Translations under genes and position numbers: made by a program
In this document: positions 51,481 to 63,354 of the stretch, piece by piece
Layout of the letters: every line of letters starts with the position of its first letter
Position numbering within the stretch: position 1 is the stretch's first letter
The notes under the pieces: model-generated
Told to the model about the DNA's origin: nothing
Seen by the model: only the letters and a program-made list of their open reading frames with translations
Database searches by the model: none
Source of the DNA: an uncultured candidate division Zixibacteria bacterium
GTDB lineage: Bacteria; Zixibacteria; MSB-5A5; GN15; FEB-12
Direction: 5' to 3'
Length of the DNA stretch: 64,000 nucleotides
Assembly (NCBI GenBank): GCA_963735035.1
Contig: CAVTJJ010000003.1
Location: forward strand, 896,001 to 960,000

Positions 51481-53172
51481 ATGTCCACTAATGATCTTCT
51501 CCAGGTTCTGGTCTACATCATAGCGCTGGTCACCGTGGCTCCCCTGTTAGGCGCTTTCCTGGCACGGGTCTTTACAGACCGGCCACACCCGCTCAAGCTT
51601 GCCCTCGGGTGGTTAGAGAAGGGTATCTACAAGTTTGGTCGCATAGATAGTAACAGCGAGATGAATTGGAAAGATTACGCCAGGTCACTGCTATGGCTCA
51701 ACGGTCTTGGATTTGTCTTTCTTTTTGTTCTGCAGATTTGTCAGCAGTGGCTTCCACTTAATCCACAGCACTTGCCAAATGTCGGATGGCCGCTGGCATT
51801 CAACACCGCTGTCAGTTTCGTTACCAACACGAATTGGCAATCCTATGCCGGAGAGACTACGCTCAGTTATCTGACCCAAATGATCGGTCTGACCGTGCAG
51901 AATTTTGTCAGTGCCGCCACGGGAATTGCTGTGTTTCTCGCCCTGACACGTGGAATTATTCGGAAGACAACTGACAAGATCGGAAACTTCTGGGTCGATG
52001 TAACGCGCTCGATTGTCTATGTCCTGCTGCCGCTTTCTTTGCTTCTTGGGATCGTGTTAGTCGGCGAGGGCGTGGTGCAGACTTTCTCGCCTGCTGCCAC
52101 CGTGACCACCGTAGAAGGTCCGGCGCAGACTATTCCGCTTGGTCCGGCCGCATCCCAGATTGCCATAAAGCAGTTAGGTACCAATGGCGGCGGCTTCTTC
52201 AATGCCAACAGCGCTCATCCACTGGAGAATCCCACGCCAATATCAAATTTCCTTCAGATGCTGGCCATTTTGCTCATCCCGGCAGCTCTAACTTTCACTT
52301 ATGGCAGGCTAGTGGGCAATCGCAAGCACGGGTGGGTCATTTTCGCCACCATGTTTGTGCTTTGGTTTGCCGGATTGTCACTCTCACTCTACGGTGAGTA
52401 TTCTGCCAACCCGGCCCTGGGATTGCAGACTAATATGGAAGGAAAAGAAGTTCGGTTTGGCATCACGAACAGCATCATTTGGTCTTCTGCCACCACTGCC
52501 GCCTCGAACGGCTCCGTCAACGCTATGCACTCGAGTCTCACACCTTTGGCGGGCGGCGTAGCTCTTTTCAATATCATGTTGGGTGAGATCATATTCGGCG
52601 GAGTCGGCGCCGGCATGTACGGCTTCTTGCTGTACGTTCTTATGACCGTCTTTCTTGCCGGATTGATGGTAGGTCGCACGCCGGAGTATCTGGGCAAGAA
52701 AGTCGAGGCACATGAGATTCAGATGACCATTGTGGGGATTCTGGCTCCTAACACCGTCATCCTCATTGGCGCTGGGCTTGCCTGCGTCCTGCCGATCGCG
52801 CTGGCAGGTCTGGCCAACCAGGGACCGCACGGTCTAAGCGAGATACTGTACGCCTTCTCCTCAGCGGCCGGCAACAATGGCAGTGCCTTTGCCGGACTGA
52901 ACGCTAATACCAATTTCTATAACATCACCCTGGGCGTGGCGATGCTCATAGGCCGTTTTGCAATCATCCTGCCCTGCCTGGCAATCGCAGGTCACTTGGC
53001 CGGCAAGAAACGGTCACCTCTGTCGGCCGGCACGTTTGCGACCGATAACACAACCTTCGCCGTGCTCCTAATTGGCGTGATTCTAATCGTCGGCGCGCTT
53101 ACTTTTCTTCCTGCGCTGGGATTGGGTCCGATAGTCGAACACTTGTTAATGCTGTCCGGACGAACCTTCTGA
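51481..53172 (+). CDS. kdpA: K+-transporting ATPase subunit A
   Basis: [31 protein letters not shown]. Confidence 0.97.
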   Translation: MSTNDLLQVLVYIIALVTVAPLLGAFLARVFTDRPHPLKLALGWLEKGIYKFGRIDSNSEMNWKDYARSLLWLNGLGFVFLFVLQICQQWLPLNPQHLPNVGWPLAFNTAVSFVTNTNWQSYAGETTLSYLTQMIGLTVQNFVSAATGIAVFLALTRGIIRKTTDKIGNFWVDVTRSIVYVLLPLSLLLGIVLVGEGVVQTFSPAATVTTVEGPAQTIPLGPAASQIAIKQLGTNGGGFFNANSAHPLENPTPISNFLQMLAILLIPAALTFTYGRLVGNRKHGWVIFATMFVLWFAGLSLSLYGEYSANPALGLQTNMEGKEVRFGITNSIIWSSATTAASNGSVNAMHSSLTPLAGGVALFNIMLGEIIFGGVGAGMYGFLLYVLMTVFLAGLMVGRTPEYLGKKVEAHEIQMTIVGILAPNTVILIGAGLACVLPIALAGLANQGPHGLSEILYAFSSAAGNNGSAFAGLNANTNFYNITLGVAMLIGRFAIILPCLAIAGHLAGKKRSPLSAGTFATDNTTFAVLLIGVILIVGALTFLPALGLGPIVEHLLMLSGRTF

Positions 53173-53180
53173 GGGAACCT

Positions 53181-55277
53181 ATGGCTGAATCGGTTTCAGG
53201 ACTCTTCAACAGAGCTTTGCTGGGGTTTGCGATCCGGGCGTCCCTCAAGAAGCTAAATCCGCGTGACCAGGTTCGAAATCCGGTCATGTTTGTGGCCTAC
53301 GTTGGTGCCATCCTCACCTCCATATCGTTCGCTGCCGGCTGGATTCAGGGATCATGGTCCGGATTTGAATTCCAGATTAGTCTCTGGCTTTGGTTCACCG
53401 TCCTATTTGCCAATTTCGCGGAATCGATGGCTGAGGGACGTGGCAAAGCCCAGGCCGACAGCCTGAAACGAGCGCGCAGCGAGACGTTCGCTCGTCTTCT
53501 CAAGTCAGGTCGGGAAGAACGCACCGCGGCCACTCTGCTGCAAAGAGGAGACGAGGTCGTCTGCGAGGCAGGAGATATCATACCGTCAGATGGCGAAGTG
53601 ATCGAGGGAATCGCCAGCGTCGATGAATCGGCCATCACCGGCGAATCAGCCCCGGTCATACGTGAAAGCGGTGGCGACCGGAGCGCTGTAACCGGCGGAA
53701 CGCGAGTAATCAGCGATCGGATCGTCATTCTAATCACTTCCGAGCCCGGCAATACCTTTGTCGATCGTATGATCGAACTGATCGAAGGAGCAAAACGCCA
53801 CAAGACCCCGAACGAAATCGCACTCGGCATTGTCCTGGCCGGACTGACTATTGTCTTCTTGCTGGCCGTCGCGACGCTGAAATTCTTTGCCGATTACAGC
53901 GGCACGTCCGCGGGACAGGATCTAAGCAAGATAGTAACCGTTACCGTGCTAGTGTCTCTGCTTGTTTGCCTCATTCCTACCACAATTGGCGCACTTCTGA
54001 GTGCTATTGGGATAGCCGGCATTGACCGGCTTGTCCAGCGAAACGTAATCGCCAAGAGCGGTCGCGCGGTTGAGGCCGCGGGTGATATCGACGTACTCTT
54101 GCTCGATAAGACCGGGACGATCACTTTGGGCAATCGAATGGCTACCGATTTCGCACCAGCAGAAATGATACCGGTGCAGAACCTGGCGGAAACGGCTCAA
54201 TTGGCGTCGTTGGCTGATGAGACTCCGGAAGGTCGTTCTATCGTCATTCTGGCTAAGGATCGCTACGGGTTTCGTGCGCAGACTCTCACGCCGAGCCAGG
54301 CGCGGTTCGTGCCCTTTACCGCACAGACTCGTATTAGTGGTGTCGACATACTCGAACCCGACGGTTCGATCGCAATGAGCATCCGCAAAGGAGCGGTTGA
54401 TTCCATGCGCGAGCATCTGCTGCGGCATGGTGGCAGTTTTCCCGATGAATTAGAATCGATTCAAAGCGAGATCGCGCGTTCCGGCGGAACACCACTGGCC
54501 GTCAGCATCGACAATCAGGCGATTGGAATTGTGCAACTCAAGGATGTGGTCAAGGGCGGTATCAAGGAACGGTTCGCCCAACTGCGCAGGATGGGCATTC
54601 GCACGGTTATGGTGACAGGGGATAATCCGCTCACCGCGGCGGCCATAGCGGCCGAGGCGGGGGTCGATGATTTTATCGCGCAGGCGACACCAGAAGCCAA
54701 ATTGGAGCGAATTCGAGAGGAACAGCGCGCCGGTCATCTGGTTGCCATGACGGGCGACGGCACCAATGACGCTCCAGCCCTTGCCCAGGCCGACGTCGGC
54801 GTTGCAATGAATACAGGTACTCAGGCGGCACGCGAAGCAGGCAACATGGTGGATCTCGACAGTAATCCGACGAAACTGATTCAGATTGTGGAAATCGGGA
54901 AACAGCTGCTAATGACCCGCGGCTCACTGACTACCTTTAGTATCGCCAACGATGTGGCCAAGTATTTTGCGATCCTTCCGGCAATGTTCGGAACGCTCTA
55001 TGCGATGTCCGGCTCAAGTACCGGTCCGTTGGCCGCCATGAATATCATGCATCTTCACTCGCCGGAGAGCGCCATACTCAGCGCAGTAATCTTCAACGCG
55101 CTGATAATTGTCGCCTTGATTCCCCTGTCACTGCGTGGCGTGACCTATCGACCGGAAAGCGCCGAGAGACTCTTGCGTCGCAATCTGCTGCTCTACGGCC
55201 TCGGAGGTATTGTTTCGCCGTTCATAGGTATTAAGCTAATTGACCTTCTGCTGGTGGCCGGCCGACTCGCAAACTAA
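53181..55277 (+). CDS. kdpB: K+-transporting ATPase subunit B
   Basis: TGES, CLIPTTI, DKTGT, GDGTND. Confidence 0.97.
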   Translation: MAESVSGLFNRALLGFAIRASLKKLNPRDQVRNPVMFVAYVGAILTSISFAAGWIQGSWSGFEFQISLWLWFTVLFANFAESMAEGRGKAQADSLKRARSETFARLLKSGREERTAATLLQRGDEVVCEAGDIIPSDGEVIEGIASVDESAITGESAPVIRESGGDRSAVTGGTRVISDRIVILITSEPGNTFVDRMIELIEGAKRHKTPNEIALGIVLAGLTIVFLLAVATLKFFADYSGTSAGQDLSKIVTVTVLVSLLVCLIPTTIGALLSAIGIAGIDRLVQRNVIAKSGRAVEAAGDIDVLLLDKTGTITLGNRMATDFAPAEMIPVQNLAETAQLASLADETPEGRSIVILAKDRYGFRAQTLTPSQARFVPFTAQTRISGVDILEPDGSIAMSIRKGAVDSMREHLLRHGGSFPDELESIQSEIARSGGTPLAVSIDNQAIGIVQLKDVVKGGIKERFAQLRRMGIRTVMVTGDNPLTAAAIAAEAGVDDFIAQATPEAKLERIREEQRAGHLVAMTGDGTNDAPALAQADVGVAMNTGTQAAREAGNMVDLDSNPTKLIQIVEIGKQLLMTRGSLTTFSIANDVAKYFAILPAMFGTLYAMSGSSTGPLAAMNIMHLHSPESAILSAVIFNALIIVALIPLSLRGVTYRPESAERLLRRNLLLYGLGGIVSPFIGIKLIDLLLVAGRLAN

Positions 55278-55287
55278 GGTAGACTCT

Positions 55288-55860
55288 GTGCGAACAATAA
55301 TGACAGCCCTGAAGACACTAATCGTGTTGACGCTCTTGACCGGAGTTGTCTATCCGCTCCTGGTAACGGTGGTCGGTTATCTCTGCTTTCCGCATCAGGC
55401 CTCGGGCAGCCTGCTGGTAGTGAACGGGAGACCTGTTGGCTCAAACCTTGTCGGGCAGAAGTTCACCGATTCAAGTTACTTCTGGCCGCGTCCTTCCACC
55501 ATCGACTATGATCCACTACCCTCCGGCGGAAGTAATTTGGGACCGACCAGCGACGCGCTTAAAGACAGCATTTCGTCGCGACGAAACAGACTCGCGCAAA
55601 CCGGAAATGGGGCAGTCCCGATTGATCTGCTCTGCGCCTCGGCCAGCGGCCTGGACCCGGATATATCACCCGAAGCGGCTCTTTTTCAGGCTGACCGCGT
55701 GGCGCGGGCAAGACGACTTGACCAGGCACAAAAAACCGCGCTTCTTTCACTTGTAGAGAGACATACCGAATACCCCAACATAGGGATATTCGGTCAGCCG
55801 AGAATAAATGTACTCAGGTTGAATCTCGCTTTGGACTCACTGATAAAGGCGTCGTCGTGA
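55288..55860 (+). CDS. kdpC: K+-transporting ATPase subunit C
   Basis: YFWPRPS, SGGSNLGP, SASGLDPDIS, NVLRLNLALD; the GTG start is inferred. Confidence 0.93.
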   Translation: MRTIMTALKTLIVLTLLTGVVYPLLVTVVGYLCFPHQASGSLLVVNGRPVGSNLVGQKFTDSSYFWPRPSTIDYDPLPSGGSNLGPTSDALKDSISSRRNRLAQTGNGAVPIDLLCASASGLDPDISPEAALFQADRVARARRLDQAQKTALLSLVERHTEYPNIGIFGQPRINVLRLNLALDSLIKASS

Positions 55861-58553
55861 TGGTTGAATCATTTCGGCCCGATCCGGACGCTATCCTGGC
55901 GGCCATCCAGAAACGGGAAGCTCATGCCCACGCGGGGAAACTTCGCGTGTTTTTTGGCATGTCGGCCGGTGTCGGAAAGACTTTCGCCATGCTCCGCGCC
56001 GCTCAGGACCGCTTGCGAGAGGGTATAGATGTAGTCGTAGGGACTGTCGACACTCACGGACGAACCGAGACCGAAGCGTTGCTCCAGGGTCTATCGATCA
56101 TTCCCCGCAAGATTATCACTTACCGCGACGTGGCTCTCAGCGAAATGGACCTCGATGCCGTGATCGCCCGGCGACCGAAACTTGTTCTCGTCGACGAACT
56201 GGCTCATACCAACGTGCCCGGATCACGCCACACCAGACGATGGCAGGATGTACTGGAACTCTTGGATGGCGGAATCGATGTCTATACTACTCTCAACGTC
56301 CAACATGTTGAAAGTCGCAAGGAATATGTGGAGCAGATTACCGGCATCACGGTGCGCGAGACAGTGCCTGATACAATCCTCCAGCGCGCCGCCCAGATTA
56401 TTCTGGTGGATCTTACTCCTGCCGAGCTCTTGCAGCGACTGAAAGACGGCAAGGTATACCTCGGCGACAAGGCTGAAGCCGCCTCCAGGAATTTCTTCCA
56501 AGAGGATAGGCTGACCGCACTTCGCGAAATCGCCCTTCGGTTCACGGCCGAAGCTGTGGACAACGAACTGCAAGATCTCACGGCGGCCCACGAAGGTACG
56601 GGCTCATGGAAAGCATCGGAACGTCTGATGGTCGCAGTAAGTCACAGCCCGCACTCCGAAGATTTGATTCGAACCACGCGCCGTCTGGCTTTCAGTCTCG
56701 ACGCGCCATGGTTGGCGATTCATGTCGATACCGGTAATAATCTGGGCGACAGTGACCGTCAGCAGCTGGCCCGGAATCTCAACCTGGTACGTGAACTCGG
56801 TGGCGAAGTTGTCAGTCTGACCGATGTCGATATTGTGGAGGCCCTCATTCAAACCGCGCGACAACGCAGCGTGACACAGCTTGTTATCGGCCACCCGGTA
56901 AAGCGCCGATTGCGGGATATTCTCGGCGGTGGGTCGCTCCTCGACCGACTGGCGCTGCATGCCACAACATTTGATATCCACATCCTCAAGCCCGTGCGGG
57001 ACACGAGTTCTTCTACCCACCGACGATCCTTCGTGCATTTCGAGGCCTCGCCTGTCCAATACTGGTTCATGCTTTGGGTCATTATTGCCGCCGCTGGACT
57101 TAGTGCCCTGCTTCTCACGGCAATTGGGTACCGAGCCGTAGGCTTTGTATTTCTTCTGGGTGTGTTGGTGGTGAGTCTGTTTGTATCCGTTGGGCCGACC
57201 ATCTTTGCGGCGCTCCTGGCCGCTCTTACCTGGGATTACTTCTTCATACCGCCTCGGGGGACTTTTCATATTTCCGAGCCGGAAGATATGGCCATGTGTT
57301 TGGCGCTGCTGGTTGGCGCGGCTGTAACCGGTACTCTCACCAGCCGCATTCGTCGGCGCGAGCGATTGCTGCGCTCACGCGAACAGAGAACCAATGCGCT
57401 GTATCAGATTGCCAGCGCCATATCTGCCGCCAGTGATCGAAAGGAATTTGCCTCGGCCGTCAGAGACAATCTTGCCCACCAGGTGCCGGGCGAATTCGGC
57501 ATCGCGCTCAAGAACGTTGTCGGAACCCTGGAGCACATACCGTCGGGAGGCCGAGATGTCTGGATGACTGCCGAAAAGGAATGGACCGTGGCTACATGGG
57601 CGTTCCAACACGGCAAGGCCGCCGGCTGGTCAACCGATACCCTGGCGTCGGCGGTAGCCCGTTATGTGCCTCTGATTGGTCCCGGGGAAATCACGGGTGT
57701 GCTGGCCTATAAACCGCGAGAGAATGCGTATCTCAGTCAGGATGAAGAGAATCTCCTCATGACGGCTTCCCGCCTGCTTGCGGTGGCCGCCGAGCGAGAA
57801 CTGTTACAGGAACGTTCACGAAAGTTGCACCAGGTCGCCGAATCGGAACGGTTGTATCAGACAATTCTCAACACCGTGTCACACGAGTTGAGAACCCCTT
57901 TGACCGCGATCATCGGCAATGCGTCGGCGCTTGGCAATGATCAGATTGCGACCGATCCGGCCAGTCGACGGCAATTATCCACTGAGATCATCGCCAATGC
58001 CGAACGACTCAACCGCGTAGTTTCTAATCTTCTCGATATGTCGCGCCTCAGTTCCGGCAAATTGGTTCTCAAGCAGGATTGGCATGACTTGAGCGATCTG
58101 ATTTCAGTCACGCTCGACGCGCACAAGACCGCCTTGGCCGACCACCAGGTCCTGGTTCGGATCGCCGATCCGTTGCCGCTTGTCCGTATTGACTTTCAGC
58201 TGCTCCAACAGGCACTCGCCAACCTTCTGCTCAATGCCGGCATCTACACCCCACCCGGGGCCCAGATTGTTGTTAGCGCATGCGTCGTTGGGCGAGAAAT
58301 CGAGCTGACTGTTTCCGACAACGGTCCCGGCCTGCCGCCAGAAGCTATTCCACATCTGTTCGATATGTTCTATCGAGTTCCGGGATCAAAGGCCGGTGGT
58401 GCTGGAATTGGGTTGGCGATCACCAAAGGAATTGTGGAAGTTCACGGCGGCACTGTGACAGTCAGAAACATCTCCACCGGCGGGGCATGCTTTGCCATCA
58501 AATTGCCCCTCGAAGTGCAGCCCCAAATACCGAGTGGCAGGAGTGAATTATGA
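55857..58553 (+). CDS. kdpD: Sensor histidine kinase KdpD
   Basis: GMSAGVGKT, DELAHTN, USP domain, 4 TMs, GAF, SHELRTPL. Confidence 0.96.
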   Translation: MMVESFRPDPDAILAAIQKREAHAHAGKLRVFFGMSAGVGKTFAMLRAAQDRLREGIDVVVGTVDTHGRTETEALLQGLSIIPRKIITYRDVALSEMDLDAVIARRPKLVLVDELAHTNVPGSRHTRRWQDVLELLDGGIDVYTTLNVQHVESRKEYVEQITGITVRETVPDTILQRAAQIILVDLTPAELLQRLKDGKVYLGDKAEAASRNFFQEDRLTALREIALRFTAEAVDNELQDLTAAHEGTGSWKASERLMVAVSHSPHSEDLIRTTRRLAFSLDAPWLAIHVDTGNNLGDSDRQQLARNLNLVRELGGEVVSLTDVDIVEALIQTARQRSVTQLVIGHPVKRRLRDILGGGSLLDRLALHATTFDIHILKPVRDTSSSTHRRSFVHFEASPVQYWFMLWVIIAAAGLSALLLTAIGYRAVGFVFLLGVLVVSLFVSVGPTIFAALLAALTWDYFFIPPRGTFHISEPEDMAMCLALLVGAAVTGTLTSRIRRRERLLRSREQRTNALYQIASAISAASDRKEFASAVRDNLAHQVPGEFGIALKNVVGTLEHIPSGGRDVWMTAEKEWTVATWAFQHGKAAGWSTDTLASAVARYVPLIGPGEITGVLAYKPRENAYLSQDEENLLMTASRLLAVAAERELLQERSRKLHQVAESERLYQTILNTVSHELRTPLTAIIGNASALGNDQIATDPASRRQLSTEIIANAERLNRVVSNLLDMSRLSSGKLVLKQDWHDLSDLISVTLDAHKTALADHQVLVRIADPLPLVRIDFQLLQQALANLLLNAGIYTPPGAQIVVSACVVGREIELTVSDNGPGLPPEAIPHLFDMFYRVPGSKAGGAGIGLAITKGIVEVHGGTVTVRNISTGGACFAIKLPLEVQPQIPSGRSEL

Positions 58554-59242
58554 CCGGTGCCCGCATCCTTGTCATAGATGATGAGTTGGCCATTCGCCGC
58601 TTCCTGAAAATCAGCCTGGAAGCCGAAGGCCATACATTCATTGAAGCCGACACCGGGGAGACCGGGCTTGTGGCCGCGGCCACTCAGCGCCCCGACTTGA
58701 TCATACTTGACCTTGGCCTTCCCGATTTGGATGGTGCCTCAGTGTTGAAGCGCTTGCGGGAATGGTCTTCGGTGCCCGTCATCATTTTGACTGTCAGAGA
58801 TTCCGAAATTGAGAAAGTCGCGTTACTCGATGCCGGTGCGGATGACTATCTGACCAAGCCGTTTGGGGTGCCCGAACTCCTGGCTCGAGTTCGGGTAGCC
58901 TTGCGACATAAGCAGTCCGGGGAATCCGAACCGTCGATTCGCATTGGCGATCTGGAGATAGATTTCACAGTCCGAGCAGTCATTCTGCGTGGTGAAGCAG
59001 TTCGTTTGACGGCCACGGAGTATGAACTGCTGAGGGTACTGGCACAGCATGCCGGCAAAGTCGTCACTCAGCGGCAGCTGCTGAAGGATATCTGGGGACC
59101 ACAATCAGTGGATCAATCCCAATACCTGCGGGTCTATATCGCTCAGCTTCGCAAGAAATTGGAACGCGATGCAGGTCGGCCCGAACTCATCGTCACCGAG
59201 CCGGGCGTGGGGTATCGGCTGCGATCGATAGATGAACGGTAG
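58550..59242 (+). CDS. kdpE: Response regulator KdpE
   Basis: DLGLPDLDG, YLRVYIAQLRKKLE, TEPGVGYR. Confidence 0.95.
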   Translation: MTGARILVIDDELAIRRFLKISLEAEGHTFIEADTGETGLVAAATQRPDLIILDLGLPDLDGASVLKRLREWSSVPVIILTVRDSEIEKVALLDAGADDYLTKPFGVPELLARVRVALRHKQSGESEPSIRIGDLEIDFTVRAVILRGEAVRLTATEYELLRVLAQHAGKVVTQRQLLKDIWGPQSVDQSQYLRVYIAQLRKKLERDAGRPELIVTEPGVGYRLRSIDER

Positions 59243-59399
59243 AACTGGCGCGCCCGACCAAAGCGCGGCAGAGTATATCGTAGTCATTAATAGCCCAGGT
59301 TGGGTGACGATGCGTTGTGACCAACTCGTGACCGTTCTTCGGACGCGCTCCTAGGCTCCGAGCACAGGCCCCCTAGTAGAGCGCCTCGAGTCTCACTCA

Positions 59400-60707
59400 C
59401 TACCATACTCTCTTACCGGTAGCCCTGTCCAGCGCATTCAAGCTGACTGTGTAGTCATAGAAAGCGCGCAGCCGGATCAGTTTAGTCTGCGACAGCGCCG
59501 TCTCCGCATCGAGCAGATCCAGATTGGTAATCACTCCGGCGGTATAACGTACCCGGGCCATTGTCACAGCCTCTTCGGCCTGACGTACCTGGGTTTCGGT
59601 GCTGGCGATCTTTTCCAGACTTGAGTTGACGCCCGCTGCAGCCTGACGAACTTCGGATTGAATCTGCCGCTCGATATCCGCCGTACGGGCGTGAGCTGAA
59701 TTGAGATTGGCATCGGATTCGGCTACCTGGTACTTCGTCTTGTAGCCGTTAAAGACGGGTATCTTCAACTCGAGCCCGGCCGCGTAATTACCTCGCCAGG
59801 TACTCAGGTTTGGCTCGTACCCGTTCTTGAAGCCGGTGGCGAGATTCAGTGACAGATGCGGCTTATCGTCCAGAGACACCAAGTGTGATTGAGTCGCGGC
59901 ATTGGTTTCGGCATCACGGGAGAGAATCAACTCCGGTCGCAGTTTGGTAGCAGCGGTCATAAGTGAATCAGGATTGAACGTCACTTTGCCAGATGCAAAA
60001 TTGCCCTGTGGATTGATCGGCGTCTCCGGTGACAGGCCGATCAACTGTCGAAGCGTAATTTCCTGATCCTCCAGAGCGTGCAAGGCATCGATGCGATCAC
60101 TACGAACCACCGCGATTCTTACCTGGATGGTCAACGTATCAAAATCGGTCGCCGTGCCCGCACCTATCTTCTTGACGCTCATGTCCAGATGCTGAGCTAG
60201 TGTCTGAAGCTGTTCATCAAGCACGTCGATCCGTTGACGCAATATCAACAGGTTGTTGAACACACCGATCGTCTGGTACGCGAGGTTGAACTTGATCAGG
60301 TCGATGTTGTCGGTGGCAGTCTGGTGCGATGTCTCCGCCAGGCGGATAGCCGCATCCCTCTTCCCAAAATCGTAAAGCGTTTGACTGAGACCGACATGAA
60401 GATCATAGTTGTTGCGTGGAGCCAAATCGAGCGGCCCCCCGCCAGCGAGCTCAAATTGCGGTACCGGCCCGATCCGCACATATTCGCCTTCGAACGAAAT
60501 GTCCGGATAGAAGTCGCTCCGGTTCACATCTACCCGCGCGCCCGACGCCGCCGCGCCGTATTCCGCCTGACGGATGGCCGGGTGGTTCTGAAGCGTCAAT
60601 GCGACTGCCTGTTCGACGGTAATCGAGTCGGAAGGCTTGGTCTGGGCCGAAATCAAACCGGCGCACCAACCTGCCATGATCATTACTGTTACTGAAACCA
60701 TTTTCAT
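59400..60707 (-). CDS. TolC-family outer membrane efflux protein
   Basis: Signal peptide; ALTLQNHP, YDFG, PVFNG, RYTAGVITNLDLLDA; last gene of the efflux operon. Confidence 0.9.
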   Translation of the reverse strand: MKMVSVTVMIMAGWCAGLISAQTKPSDSITVEQAVALTLQNHPAIRQAEYGAAASGARVDVNRSDFYPDISFEGEYVRIGPVPQFELAGGGPLDLAPRNNYDLHVGLSQTLYDFGKRDAAIRLAETSHQTATDNIDLIKFNLAYQTIGVFNNLLILRQRIDVLDEQLQTLAQHLDMSVKKIGAGTATDFDTLTIQVRIAVVRSDRIDALHALEDQEITLRQLIGLSPETPINPQGNFASGKVTFNPDSLMTAATKLRPELILSRDAETNAATQSHLVSLDDKPHLSLNLATGFKNGYEPNLSTWRGNYAAGLELKIPVFNGYKTKYQVAESDANLNSAHARTADIERQIQSEVRQAAAGVNSSLEKIASTETQVRQAEEAVTMARVRYTAGVITNLDLLDAETALSQTKLIRLRAFYDYTVSLNALDRATGKRVW

Positions 60708-60717
60708 ATCTGGTACC

Positions 60718-62358
60718 CTATTCAGCCTGCGCATGGACTGGTCCCTTTGCGGAACGAAGATGCGCACCGGCTCGGTGGGTGCGGATCAGGAAAAGCGGTA
60801 TGACTCCAATAACGATAACCACTCCGGCCAGGAGAAATACATCGTCCACCGCCTGAATGAACGCCTGGTTGGCCACGAACGTGCCGATTTGCATTTTGGC
60901 CTGTGCCGCTGCAACACCGGTAGTGCTACCGGCCGCATGAACAGCCTGTGACTGTAGTTTTGTAACCGTATCCTTGAACGTATCTGAGTATGCGTTGACC
61001 TGTCCGCCATACGTGGCGACATGGTATATGGTGCGGCGAGTCAGAATTGTCCCGAATATCGCTACTCCAAAACTACCGCCGATCTGCCGGATAACATTGA
61101 GCAGTCCGGAGGCCTGGGCCATTTTCTGGTGAGATATTTCCGAAAGGGCCATGGCCATAAGAGGCGCAAACAACACGCCCATGGCGATGCCGCGAAGTAT
61201 GAGCGGATACGTTATCTCGTTTGGTTCCGAATACAACGACAGAGAGGAAAATTGATAGAACGTATAGGCCATCAAGAGAACGCCGAGAATCGACGGGACC
61301 TTGTGCGAAAACCTATCACCGTACCATCCGGCCAGAGGCGCCACCAACCCCTGCATGATTCCCACGGGCAGGAAGACCAGACCGGCCTGAAGCGGTGTGT
61401 AATCGAGAGAATTCTGGAGATATATTGGCAAGAGAAACGTGCTGCCAAACATACCCAGCCCGAATAAGAACAGCACGATGTTGCAAAGTGTGAAATTGTA
61501 ATCCTTGAACAGACTAAGCTCAATGAGCGGATGTACGACACTGAACTCAGTGGTCAGAAAGACAATCAGCGAAACGATCGATATGGCGAAGCAGGTCAGG
61601 ATGTAATCAGAGGTCCAGCCACCCGTGTTCCAGGCCGAGTTGCCGTTGGACAGAGCCAGCAGAAGCGAGGTCAGAAAGGCCGTAAGCGAGAGAAAGCCTA
61701 TCAGATCGAAGGAGCGTGAATCGGCGGCTTTGTGCTCTCGGAGAATTATCACGGCTGCCGCCATTCCAAAGATGCCGATAGGAACATTGACGTCGAAAAT
61801 AGTGTGCCAGGAAAAATGATCGATCAAGTAGCCGCCGATAGCCGGGCCAAGAGAGACGGAGGCCGAGGCAGACATCGACCAAAACGCCAACGCGAGTCCA
61901 CGTTTTTCGGGAGGAAACTCTCTGGTAATGATCGCCATACCGACCGGCATCAAGATGCCTGAACCGGCCCCCTGAAGCACCCGGAAGAATATCAAGGCGT
62001 TGAAATCCCACGCCAGGCTGCACAAGAACGAACTTACAGTGAAGAGCAGCAATCCCAGAGTGAAGATCAGCTTGTAGCCCAGGTGGTCGGCAAGCCAGCC
62101 GGAAGTCGGCAACATCACACCGAAAATCAGGAGATAGGCCGTTAGAACCCATTCAACACTATCGACCGACACTCCGAACGACGACATGAGCTTCGGCAGC
62201 GCCACATTGACAATCGTGGCATCCAACACCGCCATGAAGGTCGCAACCATGACCCCAGAGAGAACCAGCCATCGATACGCCGGGCTCTCTGGTCGAAGCT
62301 GCGGGTAGTCGCTGGTTAGTTTCGAGCGAATAGCCCGCCATCGGTGAGTCGCGTTCAC
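60718..62358 (-). CDS. DHA2 (EmrB/QacA-like) MFS efflux permease
   Basis: LDATIVNVALP, WVLTAYLL, FRVLQG, RQIGGSFG. Confidence 0.95.
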   Translation of the reverse strand: MNATHRWRAIRSKLTSDYPQLRPESPAYRWLVLSGVMVATFMAVLDATIVNVALPKLMSSFGVSVDSVEWVLTAYLLIFGVMLPTSGWLADHLGYKLIFTLGLLLFTVSSFLCSLAWDFNALIFFRVLQGAGSGILMPVGMAIITREFPPEKRGLALAFWSMSASASVSLGPAIGGYLIDHFSWHTIFDVNVPIGIFGMAAAVIILREHKAADSRSFDLIGFLSLTAFLTSLLLALSNGNSAWNTGGWTSDYILTCFAISIVSLIVFLTTEFSVVHPLIELSLFKDYNFTLCNIVLFLFGLGMFGSTFLLPIYLQNSLDYTPLQAGLVFLPVGIMQGLVAPLAGWYGDRFSHKVPSILGVLLMAYTFYQFSSLSLYSEPNEITYPLILRGIAMGVLFAPLMAMALSEISHQKMAQASGLLNVIRQIGGSFGVAIFGTILTRRTIYHVATYGGQVNAYSDTFKDTVTKLQSQAVHAAGSTTGVAAAQAKMQIGTFVANQAFIQAVDDVFLLAGVVIVIGVIPLFLIRTHRAGAHLRSAKGPVHAQAE

Positions 62359-63324
62359 CTATTTGTCCTTCACCTGTATCTTCACTTCTACCGACATACC
62401 CGGGAGAAGTGTATGCTGCCGATCGGGAGCGTCTTTGTCAGGGTTTACGAACACAATCTTGACCGGAACCCGCTGCGTCACCTTGGTAAAATTGCCAGAC
62501 GCGTTGTTGGGCGGTATGAGAGAAAATTGCGATGCGGCTGCAGCACCTATCAATTCGACTCGGCCTGCAAAGATGCGATCGGGAAATGCGTCGACCGTGA
62601 TTTCCACGGAGTCTCCCGGATGAATTGACCCCAACTTGGTCTCCTCGAAATTGGCCGTCACCCATACATCGCTCAAGTTGAAGAGCGTAAAGATCGGCTG
62701 GCCGGCCTGCACAATGTCGCCGGGGACAACCCATTTTCGGGCTACCACACCGGACGCGGTGGCGAAAACTCTCGTGTTCGTGAGTTGAGTTTCGACAACC
62801 GCCAGTTGCGCCTGCGACGCTTTCACCTGACTGAGAGCAACGTTCTGCTGGGCCAGCGCCATCTCGGAAGCTTTACGGGCATGGTCGAACTGCTCCCGAG
62901 TAATCACATGATCGTTATATTGAATTGAGGCCCGATCGAAATCATCCTTAGCCCGGTCCAGAGCAATTGTGGCAAGTTGGACGTTCTGCTGCACATAGTC
63001 GAGAGCCGCTTGAGCCTGCGCCTCCTGAGCTTTCAGATCGGAATCATCAATCTGAACCAGCAATTGCCCCGCCTTCACCGAGTCACCTTCGTCTGCGTTT
63101 AGTGCCACGATGCGGCCGAGTATCTTCGAGCTGATAGTCACGGCGTCGCTGGCAACTACCGCATCATCGGTGGCAACATAACCAAGCAGATAATTGTACC
63201 AGTAGTAAACCGCCCCCGCGCTGACCACCAGCATCAGAAAAAGCGGTATCAGAACTCTCTTCTTGCGGTGCAGCGCGGTTCCAGCGCTCTGCGGCCGCTC
63301 CGTTTCGTTGTTGTCGTCTGCCAT
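62359..63324 (-). CDS. EmrA/HlyD-family membrane fusion protein
   Basis: TDDA, ANFEET, FSLIPPNNASGNFTKVTQRVPVKI. Confidence 0.95.
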   Translation of the reverse strand: MADDNNETERPQSAGTALHRKKRVLIPLFLMLVVSAGAVYYWYNYLLGYVATDDAVVASDAVTISSKILGRIVALNADEGDSVKAGQLLVQIDDSDLKAQEAQAQAALDYVQQNVQLATIALDRAKDDFDRASIQYNDHVITREQFDHARKASEMALAQQNVALSQVKASQAQLAVVETQLTNTRVFATASGVVARKWVVPGDIVQAGQPIFTLFNLSDVWVTANFEETKLGSIHPGDSVEITVDAFPDRIFAGRVELIGAAAASQFSLIPPNNASGNFTKVTQRVPVKIVFVNPDKDAPDRQHTLLPGMSVEVKIQVKDK

Positions 63325-63354
63325 TATGCCTGTCTTCCTTCGTTATTGTGCGGC

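Noticed and set aside
57782..57808. TGTAAC-N15-GCCACC antisense within kdpD
   Set aside because: It is intragenic with two mismatches in the second box, so likely chance.
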